From: Trichosphaerium sp. ATCC 40318
Lineage: Eukaryota > Protista > Tubulinea
Assembly (NCBI GenBank): GCA_038496445.1
Contig: JALMLS010000478.1
Span: 1-64,000 of the forward strand
DNA: 64,000 bases
Direction of reading: 5' to 3'
Shown one piece after another: positions 12,234 to 25,240 of this stretch. Each line of letters begins with the position of its first letter. Position 1 is the stretch's first letter. The notes below the pieces were generated by a model. The model ran no database searches, was not told the DNA's origin, and was given only the letters and a program-made list of their open reading frames with translations. Made by a program: the position numbers and the translations under genes.

Positions 12234-12943
12234 TTGATTTTGTTGCTTGTTGGTGAACAATACAAATGAGACCTCATAAAATTTAGCAACATTGCCAGAC
12301 TACTGGTGACAACTTTTAAACATGAACCAGTTGCAGATGTTATTTCTTCTGTTTTCAACCAAAATGGAGATAGTCAATGGCTTACACAAGTAAAAAACAC
12401 CAGATTGGGTATATTTGTGAAGTATAACTTAAGCTTTCAATGTGCAGGCACACAGCTTCCAAAAGACTTGACAATGTTGTTTAATGCTTAATGAAAATTG
12501 AAGATAAGAGTGTCAGGGACTACAAGCAAAGCCAATATACTTGGTGACAGGGATGGAGAAGAAAACCTGCTGGTTGTTACCACCAATGTTGATTTGAATG
12601 CCTTGGTCATATTGAAGTGATTGCCCTGCTAAGAGGCTCCAGCATAAGAGCAAAGAGAGTAAAAGTGTCTTGCTTCACTTTAAATGACTTGTTAGAAATT
12701 GTGCCATAAATGTGAATAAAAACATTGCAAATTGACAATGGCAGTTGTTATTACCATACAAATGCCAACATTGGGCAAGATTAATGACAAATACAGTATG
12801 AAAGCTACTAAACACCTTTTTGCTATATACTGGAATTGGGATTTTGACCTTAACCTGTACTATTGACTTTTATTTTGACTTGAATATCACCTACCCACTC
12901 ACTTTCAAACATTAAACAAAAACCTTTAAATCCCAAAATTGGT

Positions 12944-13812
12944 TTTTTTTTTTTTTTTAAAAAAGGTGGGTTTATTGTGCTGTGGACAACAATAACCATG
13001 TGTGCTGTTTATTACATTATATGTTTTCATAGTTCGAAATAAAGATCTTCATCCCATTTGTCTGAGCTGTCATCATCTGAATAATAATTGTGTCTTTGCC
13101 TACTTGACCTACATATGGGTGGGGTTAGTAATTTTAACTGGTTATTGATATAAGTGTTTTTGGAGTTGGTAGGTGGTAAAGGGGGTGGATCTGGAGGTGG
13201 AGGTAAACCAGCACCAATCCTCCCATGTATCTTTAAAATCAACCATCCAATTAGCAGGTTTCCAGTAGTGGCCAACTTGTATAAACTTGACTTCATCTGG
13301 TAATGATTCACATTGGGAATTGTCAAGGCTACAAGAATGTTTTGTTGATGCCAAAACATTACCTTGAGTGGTGGGAATTTCCTGATCATGTATGAATGAA
13401 TTGCAACATTTTCATATACAGTGCATAATGGAGCTTATATGAATTGCTTTTTCTGTATTTGTGGATACTTTGAGTGTATTTTCATTCCAACTATTGAGTC
13501 CATTAGAAATGTGCTCAATAAGCATGTTGCCTACAGCCACTGCATAATCCCATTCAAAGAAAAGACAATGACGCTGAAGTGGGTACTGTGAGTCTGAATG
13601 CTTGACAGGTAGTAGTTTTAGTAAAAAACGCCACAAAATATCACGTGGCCTATTAATTCCCCTAAGTGAGCTGACAGACTTCAACATCTTATGGACTTTC
13701 CATCCTTTATCCCTCATTGCCTGCAATGTGGGGGGCCATTTGACTTCAGAAGCTTTGGGTGTGTTGTGTTTGACAATGTCAGACACTTTAGCATACTTTT
13801 GAGTTTGGGGTA
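12944..13812 (-). mobile_element. 5'-truncated non-LTR retrotransposon (L1/Tx1-like ORF2 C-terminus, degenerate) with poly(A) tail and 18-bp TSD
   Basis: ORF 13412-13846 contains RDILWRFLLKLLP...HCLFFE (zf-RVT-like region of LINE ORF2); AATAAA then an A-tail at 12943-12958; TTAAATCCCAAAATTGGT at both 12926-12943 and 13813-13830. Confidence 0.8.
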
Positions 13813-13934
13813 TTAAATCCCAAAATTGGTAAAGGTATGGCAGCACTTGGGAATAGAATTAAGTAATAAGCATTTCCTAACAATTTTATTACATGAGTAG
13901 TAATTTACAGGTTGTTTCCAATGCTGTTGCAAAT

Positions 13935-15280
13935 TTACAAAAGCATACACCCTCTGCGACCTCCTCGGCCCTTTCTTGGCGGAATAAATACATCATCATC
14001 ATCGCCCTTGCCACTGGCAGTAGCTTCTCCAGTTCCTAGATTTGCATTGGCTTGCTTCCTGACTTTAAGGACGGTATCTACAGCCAATTTGAACACTGTT
14101 TGCAGATTTTGTCGAGTTTTGGCTGATACTTCAATGTACTTGACAGCTTGAATCTCGTCTTTAACACCTTCTCCTTCAGCTGTGGTGACAGGCTCATATT
14201 CGCCGGTACTAGGATCAGCAGCTTCTTCTTCACGGAGATCGACCTTAGTGCCAATCAAGAAGTATGGCACTTCTGGGACGTAGTGGTTTACCTCAGGGAA
14301 CCACTATTTTGAATAAAACAGTTAAAAAGTGCAAAAAAAACAGTAAAGATGAGTACTAAACGCATAAAAACAAGTTAAAAAATTACCTTTTCCTTGATAG
14401 AGGCAAATGAAGATTTGGTTACTGTAGAAAAACAGAGTAGAACAATATCGGCTCCCTAAAATAACATACATGAGACAATGCGTATAATTGGCTTTAGCGT
14501 AAAACACAAAAAAAAAAGCAGGCGTGACTAGAAATCAAAGGATATCTAACGAACGTACTGGGTAGCTGAGAGGGCGAAGACGATCGTAATCTTCCTATTT
14601 TTAATATATAAGTGGATTGTTGTGACTGTGTGAGGTTTCGAAAAGAACGTCACGTGCGCTTTTACCCACGTGGGGTTTGCCGCAATATATAAATAGCAAA
14701 TGTGTTTTGTTGCTTATTGCGCAAACAAAAAAAGCCAATTACTCCTTTTGTTGACGTACTTGACCAGCGGTATCCCACAAGTGTAGAAGTACTGTACTGC
14801 CATCATCCCGTTCTAGTTGCGCGGTGTAGTTCTATTATAGCGGGTGCCATTAGTAAATCATTTAAAAAAACCGGTTGATCTATGCGTACCTCGAAGACAG
14901 TAGGTACGTATTCTGTTGGGAATTTACCCTTGGCAAAAGAAATGAGTAGGGATCTAGACAACCCATTAGCTGTATTTTTTTTTCTGATTATGTAACGCCA
15001 AGTATTTATTTTTGGTGATTGTATTTGTCGTGTAGAACGGTCTTGTTAGGCGAAAACAAAATTTTATCGGTCGAGAATTGCGTAAAATTAAACAAAAGGC
15101 ATTAACCGCGCCACTTGTAGGGCACACGGCGCGCAAATGATATTTTTTTTCGATAACGCACGTTTTTCCTACAGCGCCATCACCGACTACGACCAGCTTT
15201 ACACGTTGTTGAGATGCACCTTCACCACCTACATTAGAATCTTAATAACTTTGTTCTGTTTACGTACCAGCTTTGCTCAT
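13935..15280 (-). CDS. racE: Rho-family GTPase, RacE type
   Basis: Seven exons give [94 protein letters not shown] and a CaaX end GCMLL; closely follows Dictyostelium RacE. Confidence 0.9.
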
Positions 15281-16133
15281 GACTTGTTCAAAAAGTTTAA
15301 AAAAATGCTGTTTTGACTTGAAAATAACTTGTTGATTTTTTTTGTAATAAATTGGTGGAAAAATGTGTACAGACTTTACAATTCAAAAAAAAAAAAAATC
15401 GCTCAATGCGCAATTACGTACCGCCACCATTTTCTAGGGTCTCTATTCTATCCTTTAATGTAGACAAAGCTGCTTGGACCTGTTTATCGTCTATATCTTG
15501 TTATTGTTAAGGTCTACAGTATTGATCTTGGTTTCTCTATTAAAAATGCTTGGTTTTGCAGTATTTTTATCTGAAAGGATACAGTCGGTCCATTTGGCTT
15601 CATTTGCCCACTCCAAGAGCTCGTCTTTCTGTAAGTAGTAAGCATCTACTGATCGACTTGAAAAGGGTGCAAAAGCGTCGTAAAATAGGTAAAACCCGTA
15701 GTGGGTTCGTTGTGTTTTTTTTTTAGTGCACAACGGACGAGTTTGGTTTTTTTGTGTTGTGCAACTAACGTACAGAACTCATTGTGATCTTCTAACACGC
15801 CAACAGAGCGGATGTGCTATGTTGCAACGAGCTTTGGTTTTAAGTACTCCGCGTAGTGGGCAATAAGCCAGCACTAGGATCCTTAAAAGGCAACCCCAAT
15901 GGCGCTATGTCCGCTTTGCCAGGAACGCGTAGCCCATTTTACAAGAGGGTTTGTTCTGTTTTTGTTGCAAATGACGATTTTACGATAATTTATTATTATT
16001 TCAGGTTAGCGCAATGACACGCGCATTTAAAAAAGAAGGTGCTTTGAATAACTAAATGCAGTTGAAGGGGGTAGGTAGTAGGCACTCTGTCAATCACAAA
16101 AAAAAAAAGGTTACGCTGCTAAAAATGGTGACA

Positions 16134-19032
16134 TCAGTCTTGTGGATACTTGCTGTCAATTAAATCTCGCAATTCCTTCTCTGTGTCCACCGCTGTGGCA
16201 ATAAGTTTGCCTATAACCTCTACTTTCTTTTCTTGTTCCTTTATAAAATCGGCAAAAGGCTGTAGCCTTCCATTCAGCAGCTTTACTTGATCATCCTAAA
16301 ACAACACCAAGTTAGTTCATTTTTCACGTGCTACTGGGACAAAGCTGTAAAAAAAAGAGTGTACCAATTCAATTTCGAATTTTGATAGCAACGAATCCTT
16401 TAGCCTGGAGCGCAAAGAATCTATTCGTGTGCACAGTTCACGCTAATAGTAGAAATGAGATGAGAAGAAATAAGCACATTGGGTTTTTTTGATCAAGAGA
16501 TAATAATAATGTTTACCTTCATTTGCATTCGTGTGTAAGGCAAAATCGCAAGTCCTAGTCCAGCGACAACCGTAGCGGGAACAATGCCGCTTAGGTCAAA
16601 GAATGAAGACGATAGCACTGTGCCAAGACCAACACCAGCGATTTCAAAAGCTGCAAATTGGTAGATGGAGCTTTTTACAATGGCGTTAACTTTGTCCGCC
16701 TCGTTTGTCCTGTCGTATGTCTCTAAGATGCGAGAACTACTTGCACCAATACCTAGAAACGCGTCAACAAGCATCGATCATAATAAGGAAAAGAAAGAGG
16801 GCGTACTGTGTAAAAGTGACTCCCGATCGTATTCAAAGGCTGTGCTCACTTGCAAATTTTTGTTCAAGCGCTTCACATTGTGGGCATTCAGGTATGTCAC
16901 GATATCTCGCATCTTCTTGCCGGTCTGTTTCAACAACCAATCTATAATGTCTGATACATCATCATCAATATCCTTTTCGCGATTAGCGTGTAAAACAACT
17001 ACAAAACGCAAGCATGCATACCTTAACTGTAGAGCCGACAACGTTGAGCTCAAAACTTGTTTTCACTTTATCACCTGACACCAAGTCAGCGACATTGGTC
17101 AACCTAACAGTCTTTTCTATAAAATCCAATCCCCTTTCCTGCATTCTGTGGTATCCTGTCAGTACACAAGGACCCTAATTATCGAGGATAGTAATACCTT
17201 TGGAATGCAAGATCAATCTTTGTGCATCTATGATGGAAATCTGCCATCATCTGCAAAACTGTCAACCAAACAACGTGCGGAGGGACTAGCAAAAAACCTG
17301 GCAATAAGGTACGGTACCTCTTCTCTGAATTCTGTTATTCTAATAGCCACTGTATCTAGAGCTCTTTTATCTTGTTCTAGTGTCTCTTTAACTTTTTGCA
17401 TCTCTACCGAATATTTGTCCAGTATGCGTGCCGCGACACCTGTGTTCGAATGACTGTTAGTTCAAAACGTCCACAAAGCGTGGGGAGTGTGTAAAATGTG
17501 TTTGATAATCACATTAGCATACCAAGAGGGTTCCTGACTTTCAAAGCGAAGCGCTTGGAGGAATCCAGCGTTTTTAGAATGTAATTTTCAAGTGCACCAA
17601 ATTTGGATTCCTCCCACACTGGATTCTTTGCCAATACTTTCTATGTTAATATTGTCAACGACCAGGTAACAGAAAGATAGTACAGATAGAGTCTATCATA
17701 TGTACCTGTGTTTCTGAAGCATCAGCTTTCTTATCAATAGTGCGCTTGGCAGCAATGGCGCGTTTAGAGCTGACAGGGAATACCAGAGGATCAAAGTGCA
17801 GATACTTGGACGCAGAATCTAACCAACAACGTATTAGTTACTTGGGTTTTCTTAGAGCGACAAAAACCAAAGCTAACAAACACGTGCCAACAACAAATGA
17901 TTGCACATTTTGAATCTCGTCAGGAGGATCCAGAATATCAATCTTCGACAACACGAACACAATCTTTTTCTTGTACGTCCGGATTAATTCAAGAAACTGA
18001 CGCTCAGACTGACTGAACGGTCTGTCAGAACTGGTAATGAACAAGATAAGATCTGATCTTGGGATGAAATGCTCAGTAATGGCTTGATGATTCTCAATCA
18101 CTAGAAACGTCGTTAGTTAGCGCTGCCTTGTTATTGTTACAATAAACAACAAACAAACGAACCTGCATTGGTTCCCGGTGTGTCAACAAGACTCATTTGT
18201 TTGAGCCAAGTGACAGGTAAGTACAATTCTCTGACACCTTCATCCTTAGCACTTGCTGTTTCGCGCACCTAACAACAACAAAGTGTCAATAATACCCCCT
18301 CAAATTTACTGATCAATTGTTATTGCACGCACCCTTTCACCGAAGCGCATGATGTCTACCTTTGAGGTTGTAGGTGTGGCACCGAATGCGAGGTACTTGT
18401 CTCCCAATAGCGCGTTTAAAAATGTACCTATTCAAAAAAGAACAAAGACATTAGCCACTCTTCATTTTTTTTAGAATAGCAGCCACCGTACTTTTGCCAC
18501 TGTTAAACTCGCCAACCACCACGAGCATGAAGAGTTCTTGTAAATGCTCTATGCTTCTCTGTACTTGGTATTTGTCCTCCCTTTTGTAGCATGTGTTTCA
18601 GTACAAACTCAATGAGTTCACGGAACGCACTCTTCGGCATCAATTGTTTCTAATGTATCACTTATGTGTTTCAAAAGTTCTATTTCTCTGTTAACCACTT
18701 CGTTTTGTTCGTCTGACAGCATGGTTTCTACACGTTGAATCGTTTTTGGGTCCTACAGCGCTGTCACTTACATTGCCTTCAAAAACAATATTTTTCAGTA
18801 CTTTAGATGTTGCGTAGTGGCGTAGCGTTGGTTTAAAGCTCCATCGGCGGTTGAAAGTGTCTAACCACCGGCAACTTGGGGAACCGGCGACGCTGCGCGT
18901 CGTTTTAGCTATAGTATGCCTACAGAGCGCGTGTGTGCTAACGGTTCTAATTTGTTTGTGCTGTGAAGCTCGTACTCTCACACTAGGCACATTGCGCATG
19001 CGTGTAGAGTAAGCGCAACTGTATCTCAGCAT
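16134..19032 (-). CDS. FZL/bacterial dynamin-like GTPase (mitofusin-like) with a putative mitochondrial presequence
   Basis: LVVVGEFNSGKSTFLNALLG, GATPTT, LVDTPGTNA, TEHFIPRSDLILFITSSDRPFSQSERQFL, FVLSKID, VFPVSSK; C-terminal hydrophobic hairpin IAGVGLGTVL...AGLGLAILPY; Arg/Ser-rich, acid-poor N-terminus. Confidence 0.85.
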
Positions 19033-19305
19033 GTTTTGTACAACGTAAAATATTCGAAAAAAAGTTACTAAACTGTTATGTTAAGTTGGGGCGCGGCCTC
19101 ACTAGGAATTCAACCAACCAAAACACGTGCAATGCAACTTACTGAACCCAGTAAATGCCTTGGATACATTGAAGGTGTGACACAGTGTAACCATTGCAGA
19201 GTCGATGCAACAACGTCTAGACAGTGAAGGAAGTACAAAAAAACAAGATTTAGCCTTAATTTAGCCACTAAAGATACACCACAATAAATACAACTAAAGT
19301 AGCCT

Positions 19306-20871
19306 TCAGCGCGTCAGATGATAGTGCAACAGGGTATTGGTAAAAGAAACTACTGGTGAGATGCGAGAAAACGCGGATTGGGATCTGAGGTATCTAGTGC
19401 TCTGTTTGCCTAGACACGCACGTCAATACACATAACGACATGACTCTTTTTCGTTGTACCTGAGGAGTACTTTGTGACAAATTCGTTCTCAAGTTAGGAG
19501 TTGTAGATTTGCTCTTTGCAACGCTGGCAAAGGTCTCATAAGCCTTTGGTGTCTTAATTTTGCCCTGGAAAATATTTAGCGTCTAGATGCTATGTGGCTA
19601 CTAAGTAATAATCGCGTACTTCAAGAATGCGCAAGTCTTCGTCTTTGATAGGCTTCAGTGTGTATTGGCGAGATGAATCGCGTTCGGACACTGACCTTAG
19701 TTCGAAATAACATTTAGCATACCTAACACCAATAAGACAACTGTTGATATACTTTGGTATTTACTCTGTTGCTGTTATTGTCACCTCAAAATTTAATTTT
19801 CCTATACAACGATGATTAGTTGTCTGCAAGTATACTTGGGTTTTTCAAGTGTACTGAGGAAGTGTCTTTCCAAGTTATTGAGGTCTTCCACCTTAACACT
19901 AGGAAACACAGCGAGAAAATCGGCATTCCATACAGCTGCTTCCTCCCACACTATTGCGGCATATTATTAGCATATATCACGTGGGTAAAATAATAATTTA
20001 AAAAAAAAGTGTTTGTTCATACCTTTAGAAGCAATCAACAGTGCACCAATCAAAACGCGACGCCAATTAATAGGTTGAAGTACTAAGCCAGTGCGGCTTG
20101 TCAACCGATCGACGTATGCCTGGAAGCTTAGGTGAGTACTAATAGTATCACAAAGTTTTTATTTGGTACCAACGCCATAACGCCCGCCTCTGGAGCAAGC
20201 TGTTCCACGCGAAAGATTACAGCCAAGAAATTTGTGATGGAGCGTATTGACGGTATTTTACTTGTGTCTGGTGTACCTGGTGTCTATGCTTGGCGTTAGC
20301 AAATCAAAGAGCAGAAAAAAAGAAAGCTACTCACTAGTGGGTGAAGCTTTTCGTCGTATATCTTGAGCGTCTTTGGCTTCTTTATCGAGGCGTTCTTACT
20401 TATAACCCAATGGAGCGTTGTAGCACAGCTTCATAAGAAAGTGTAAGTACGGCGTAAATTAACAAAGGAGCGAAAACGCGTTGGGTTACCAGTGTATCAC
20501 TTCCACAACGTCTGGGTTGCTTATTGTATCTTCAATAAACAATGATGAGGTTGAATGCGCCTTTAAGCCCTGAGAACGCAATTTGGCCAGCGCTGGGTTC
20601 TTTTTGATAGGTGGTCGCCCTAATCCAAAAATAAATAATCACGTGCCATGTAACGGCATCCTCAGCACCTTTTGAAATAATTTTAGGCAGCTTTACTTTA
20701 GGTGTAGCTGGAATTTCCTCGTCTATACCATTTATTAGCGTAACTAAATCCATTTGATGCGTTTGTACCGGCTACATCGAATTGGAGAGCAGGTGGGTCG
20801 ATTCTACCATTATTTGGTGTATCCTCTCCTGAGGAGTATCCAGACGAAGACTCGGACGAGGTGGTGGACAT
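19306..20871 (-). CDS. Cyclin Y-like cyclin
   Basis: AYVDRL, PINWRRVLIGALLIASKVWEEAAVWNADF, DLNNLERHFL, EYAKCYFELRS. Confidence 0.85.
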
Positions 20872-21068
20872 GCGCTATCACTCAAGGCAGGTTTTGTGAA
20901 TGGAAAAAAAAAACTGCAAAAATGTGTATTCATTCATCAATGAAATAACTTATAATTCTGCTTTACACAACGTGAGTACAGGAGTTAAATAGATTATGCG
21001 AAAGCTCTCATTATACGAAGGGAGGTAGCGTCATAAGCGCCAAGTCTTCGAGAATTCGTTTGTTTAAA

Positions 21069-24000
21069 TTAGTCTGCAAGCACTGTTTCCCGTTGTCTAT
21101 TGCGACTGTGTCGACCGATTGTTGTACGCGAACGCTTGCCCTTCGTAGGCTGTGGCGAGTCGCTACCCTCCTTTGGAAAGACGTCAATTATCTCAATAAT
21201 TCCAAAAAGGCGACTGAGCGCTTATATTGCTGGCCGTACCGTAGTCGCCGAGGAATCCGTGCGAGCAATACCTTCCTCATCGTCCGACAGGTCCGGATGG
21301 CGATAGCTCTTTCTTATGCGTGTTGATAAAGGTACACGTTGTTTAACCGGCGCCGTCTGTCTTGAACTGAACTTGCGGAGTAGTGGTACAGTCATACGCA
21401 TGTCGTACTACCAAAAACCACAATCAGTATGTTTATGAAAAAATTTTCAAAAAAATTTCAAGCAACTAAAACGCACGTGAGCAAATGTAGCGAAATAGAT
21501 GAGGCCATCCAGGATACGAGACTTTTTGCCTTCCTTAAAGTGATGCAAGGAGAACATCTTCTCGCGTTTGGCTTTATAATCGTCGATGCACACGGACAAG
21601 AATTTAGCAACGTTTCGATCTGGGGAGTCTGATTCTGGTATATTTGCGGCAGTAGCTGTGTTCAGTATCTTTATAAATACCTTTCCATCGCTCAGTATCT
21701 TCATAATATCATCGTCAGTTCTCAAATGGAGCATGTTAACGATCCATGTGCGGACACCTGCTTCCTTGTCCCACTAAGAAATCCACTTAGAACAAATAGG
21801 CACAATGCAACCACTGTGTACGTTGAGTCGCATATCTACAGCAAGGCGGCCACTACGCTCAGGCGTGTGGCTATCCTGAAATCTTCTGATGCCTACAACA
21901 TCGCGTACTTTCTTTGGTGAGATGCTTCGAGTTCGCGCTACGCACAAAATGAGTTAGCAATGTTTTTTATAAAGTGTCAACTCTTTTCTATTAATAACCC
22001 GTACAGCGTGACATGCGGACGCCTGTGCGATCTGGTTCTGATTTGTGCCTCTTGTTTGTACCTTTGCGAGACTCTTTTCTTTGTCGTGGTACCTTTGGTG
22101 TACCCCTGAGAGGACGAGGCGCCGCTCTAATGCCGCCTGTTGGGGCTCCTCTAGGCGATCCTCGTGGAGCACCTCTTACGGTACCCTGATACACTTTTGG
22201 TGATCTTCTGGCTCTGGAGCCCTTGTGAGCCCTGTTCCTAGGCCTGTGCACCGTATCCGCGCTCCTGATACCCTTCGACTTTGAGAAAGTCTGTTTCCTT
22301 TCCTTGATATGTGCTCTTTGTCGTCTTTCTGAATCAGCAGAGTTAGAACGCTTGTGAGTTTTAACAAGCATCATATGTCGCCGATGTTTTTTAAGCTTGC
22401 TTTCTGCACTGTATATGAATTGACGGAGACAGTGGCGTTCCAGCGTCCTTTCAACTTGCTTCTAAAACGTGACGGCATTTAGATAGATTCTTTGTTTGGC
22501 ATGCTCATTGCACACGTACCTGAGCGTCATCGAATAATTTTCTGTTGAGATAGCTGTCATTACCTAGAGCCTGGAGTATGTTTTGATCCATAGTATCGCT
22601 CAATTTCAAATTGCCAGTCTAAAAAAAAAGTACATTAACGCCTTAGAACGATCAAAGATAAAGCAACAAGTACCTTGACGTATTGTTGGTACATCTTTCT
22701 CGCTGTTTCCTTTCTTAGCTCTCGGTTCACCTGGCGCCACCTGCAACATACACATGTTAGCGATTCATATTCTACAGGCACAGGTGGGTTGGACCATACC
22801 GCTGCACATCCTTCCAAAACGACAATAGATTGAAGTAGCGTGCGTTGTAGTCGCGCAAATAGCATGAGAAGGAAGCGAGTGTCACGGGATCATCCAACAA
22901 CCTAAACAAGGCGCTGTCTTGGTGATTGCCAATCATTCTCAGTTTTTTCTCTTGGATAGGCCGTTACCACAGCAACAATACAAAAAATACTAGCAATGTA
23001 GCAGCACGCGTACTTTGTAAGTTGTACAGCCATCTAAGTTTTGCCTTGGTTGCTGTCCTTGTGGTGAGCTTGTCGAATGGGAACGCGAATGGGTTGTCAT
23101 TCACATCCAACACTTCAAGCGAGGATAAACGATACAGTTCAACAGGTACACGCCTATACCACAAATAGGTCAGCAAAAAGTTGCAGGACATTTTAAGATT
23201 GTCACAGACCTTAGTCGATTTCTGGCCAACTTGAGGTGTTTCAAAGCTGTGAGCCTAGCCACTTGCCCAGGCAGCACGATAATATTGTTGCCACTAAGCG
23301 TCAGTTTTTGTAGTTTGTCTAGCTTTGATATCTTGTCCGGTATGTCTGTGATCCTATACAATCGCGTGTTAGTAACAAGAGAAACTAAGAATGATACAAA
23401 TGTTTAAATCAAAAATATCAAATAATTTCTGTTGTGCCTATTTTCTCTAAGAGATAGCTCCACAAGGTTAACCAGCGACAACAAACATGATGGAAACTCT
23501 CGCAACAAGTTATTGGATAAAACAAGAACGCGAATAGATCTCAGATTAGCGTATTCGTGAGGGATGCTACTTATCCTATTGACCTAACCGGATGCTGTTT
23601 AGTTTCAAAAAGAATAAAAGATGGTAAAAAATGCTCACCCCGAGATTGAGTTGCGTCAATTCCATGCACTGGTGCACTGGTGGCGCTCTATTGAGTTTGT
23701 TTCGCGACACACTGAGTACACGCAATCGCAATAAACTTTGGAACTCCCTGCCAAGGCTGCTGAGCTTGTTGTTGTCCAGATCCAATGTAGACACATTCAC
23801 CCACTGTGAAACGCCTGTACCCAGAGATTGCAAATCATTGGACACTATAGCGTCATAAGTGTGTTACCGCTCAACGTGTTTGAAAGACAGTACTCAGTTT
23901 AACGTTTTGAAAACGGCCAATATCTGCATACAAGGCACGTGGGATCTCCTTACAATTCAAGCCTTGAGCGTCCAACTGCGCAAAAGTAATGAGAATGAAT

Positions 24001-25240
24001 AACATGGATAATGAATATCTTACTGTTCTTGCGTGCTCCGCTAAACTCTTTTTGATAACAGCTTCCAGTTTGGGATGCTTGGCACGATCTTTTCCTACGC
24101 TTTTACTACTGCTCTCACTCTTGGCCTTTGATCCCTTTTTGCGCCTAGGAAACGGAGAAGGAGCTCTAGAGTCTTCTGGTTGAAGTAACGCCACATGATC
24201 ACTCTTAATGTAACCCTCACGGCCTTATAGGATAGTTAGCATCAACCGTTAATCAAACAATTTTTTGCTGGTTTTGTTACACGTTTACCAGACCGGCAAA
24301 CACAATGCTGTACCTTTCAGCGAAGCCAACCACCAATCGCCAATACCTAAACCATATGGTAAGAAGGCATTTTTTAGAATTGAGTGGTAGAAAGGACGTT
24401 ACCATCGGACTTGGCGAGTATCGTCATAATATCGCCCTTATCAAAGTCTAGTTTACGCTGTTTATCACCCTTTACAGACATGAGTGCAACAGCGCGCACA
24501 CTCTCGCCACCAGGTAAAGGATCTAGATTAGGCTCTGTTGATGCAGTCAGCCAGATTAAAGGACTCATAACGGGAACGCACGTGCGCTTTGCCTGTTTTT
24601 GATAACTTCAAAAGAAATGTCTTCCCCACCGCCCGAAGTCACGGGTGATTCAGGCTTAAGGACGCGAGAAACACGTCTCTTGGATGCCTTTATGGTCGCG
24701 CGTACTAGCATCATGCATTGGTAAATAAAAAATGAATAAAAAAAATCGCCAACACAAGCACGTGATGCTGAGTTGCAAAATAAACGACCACGTACGTTCG
24801 GAATCTACGTGCTGATCACTAGGATCATCAAAACTGTCGAATGAAAGGTTGTCCGTATCAACACCATTAAAAACAGTGCGAAAGTGCTCTAATCATAAAC
24901 ACTCAGATAAAGCACGTGCATTTATAACAAAAAAAGTACTTACGTTCAGTCTGTCCATCCTTCTCGAGAAATTTGACGTACATGTACGGGAATATACCAA
25001 CTCGTGATGCGTCCTTGTATGTACCATTATTGAAATTACAAAAAGGAACGAAAAAAAACAAATCAAATTTAATATTGTGGTTTGTACCTGCAACGTATGT
25101 CCACGACTCCATCCGTCTTCTTTATCGGTTGCTAATATTTTAACATAATTTCCTTTAGTTAGACTAATTTCATCGTCTGTTCTGGCCACATAATCCGCTA
25201 TGGCCTTACCGAACCGCGCTGGCTCGCCTGAGCTTTCCAT
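21069..25240 (-). CDS. Multidomain signalling protein: SH3-SH3-LRR-RGS-CH
   Basis: SH3 AIADYVARTDDEISLTKG...GWSRG...GIFPYMYV; second SH3 KLDFDKGDIMTIL...DWWL...GYIKSDHV; LRRs LDLDNNKLSSL and LTLSGNNIIVLP; RGS-like YFNLLSFWKDVQRWRQ...ARKMYQQYVK...LFDDAQ; CH-like VRTWIVNML...LSDGKVFIKILN...NVAKFLSVC. All are linked by GT-AG introns on one strand. Confidence 0.75.

Noticed and set aside
11192-12241. 8-bp hAT TSD around the MITE
   Set aside because: The flanks ACATTATC and TTGATTTT do not match, so the superfamily call rests on TIR and subterminal structure only.
11780-12358. Long repetitive ORFs (FWARFGHV repeats) on both strands
   Set aside because: By-product of the stop-free 11-bp repeat; open in several frames at once.
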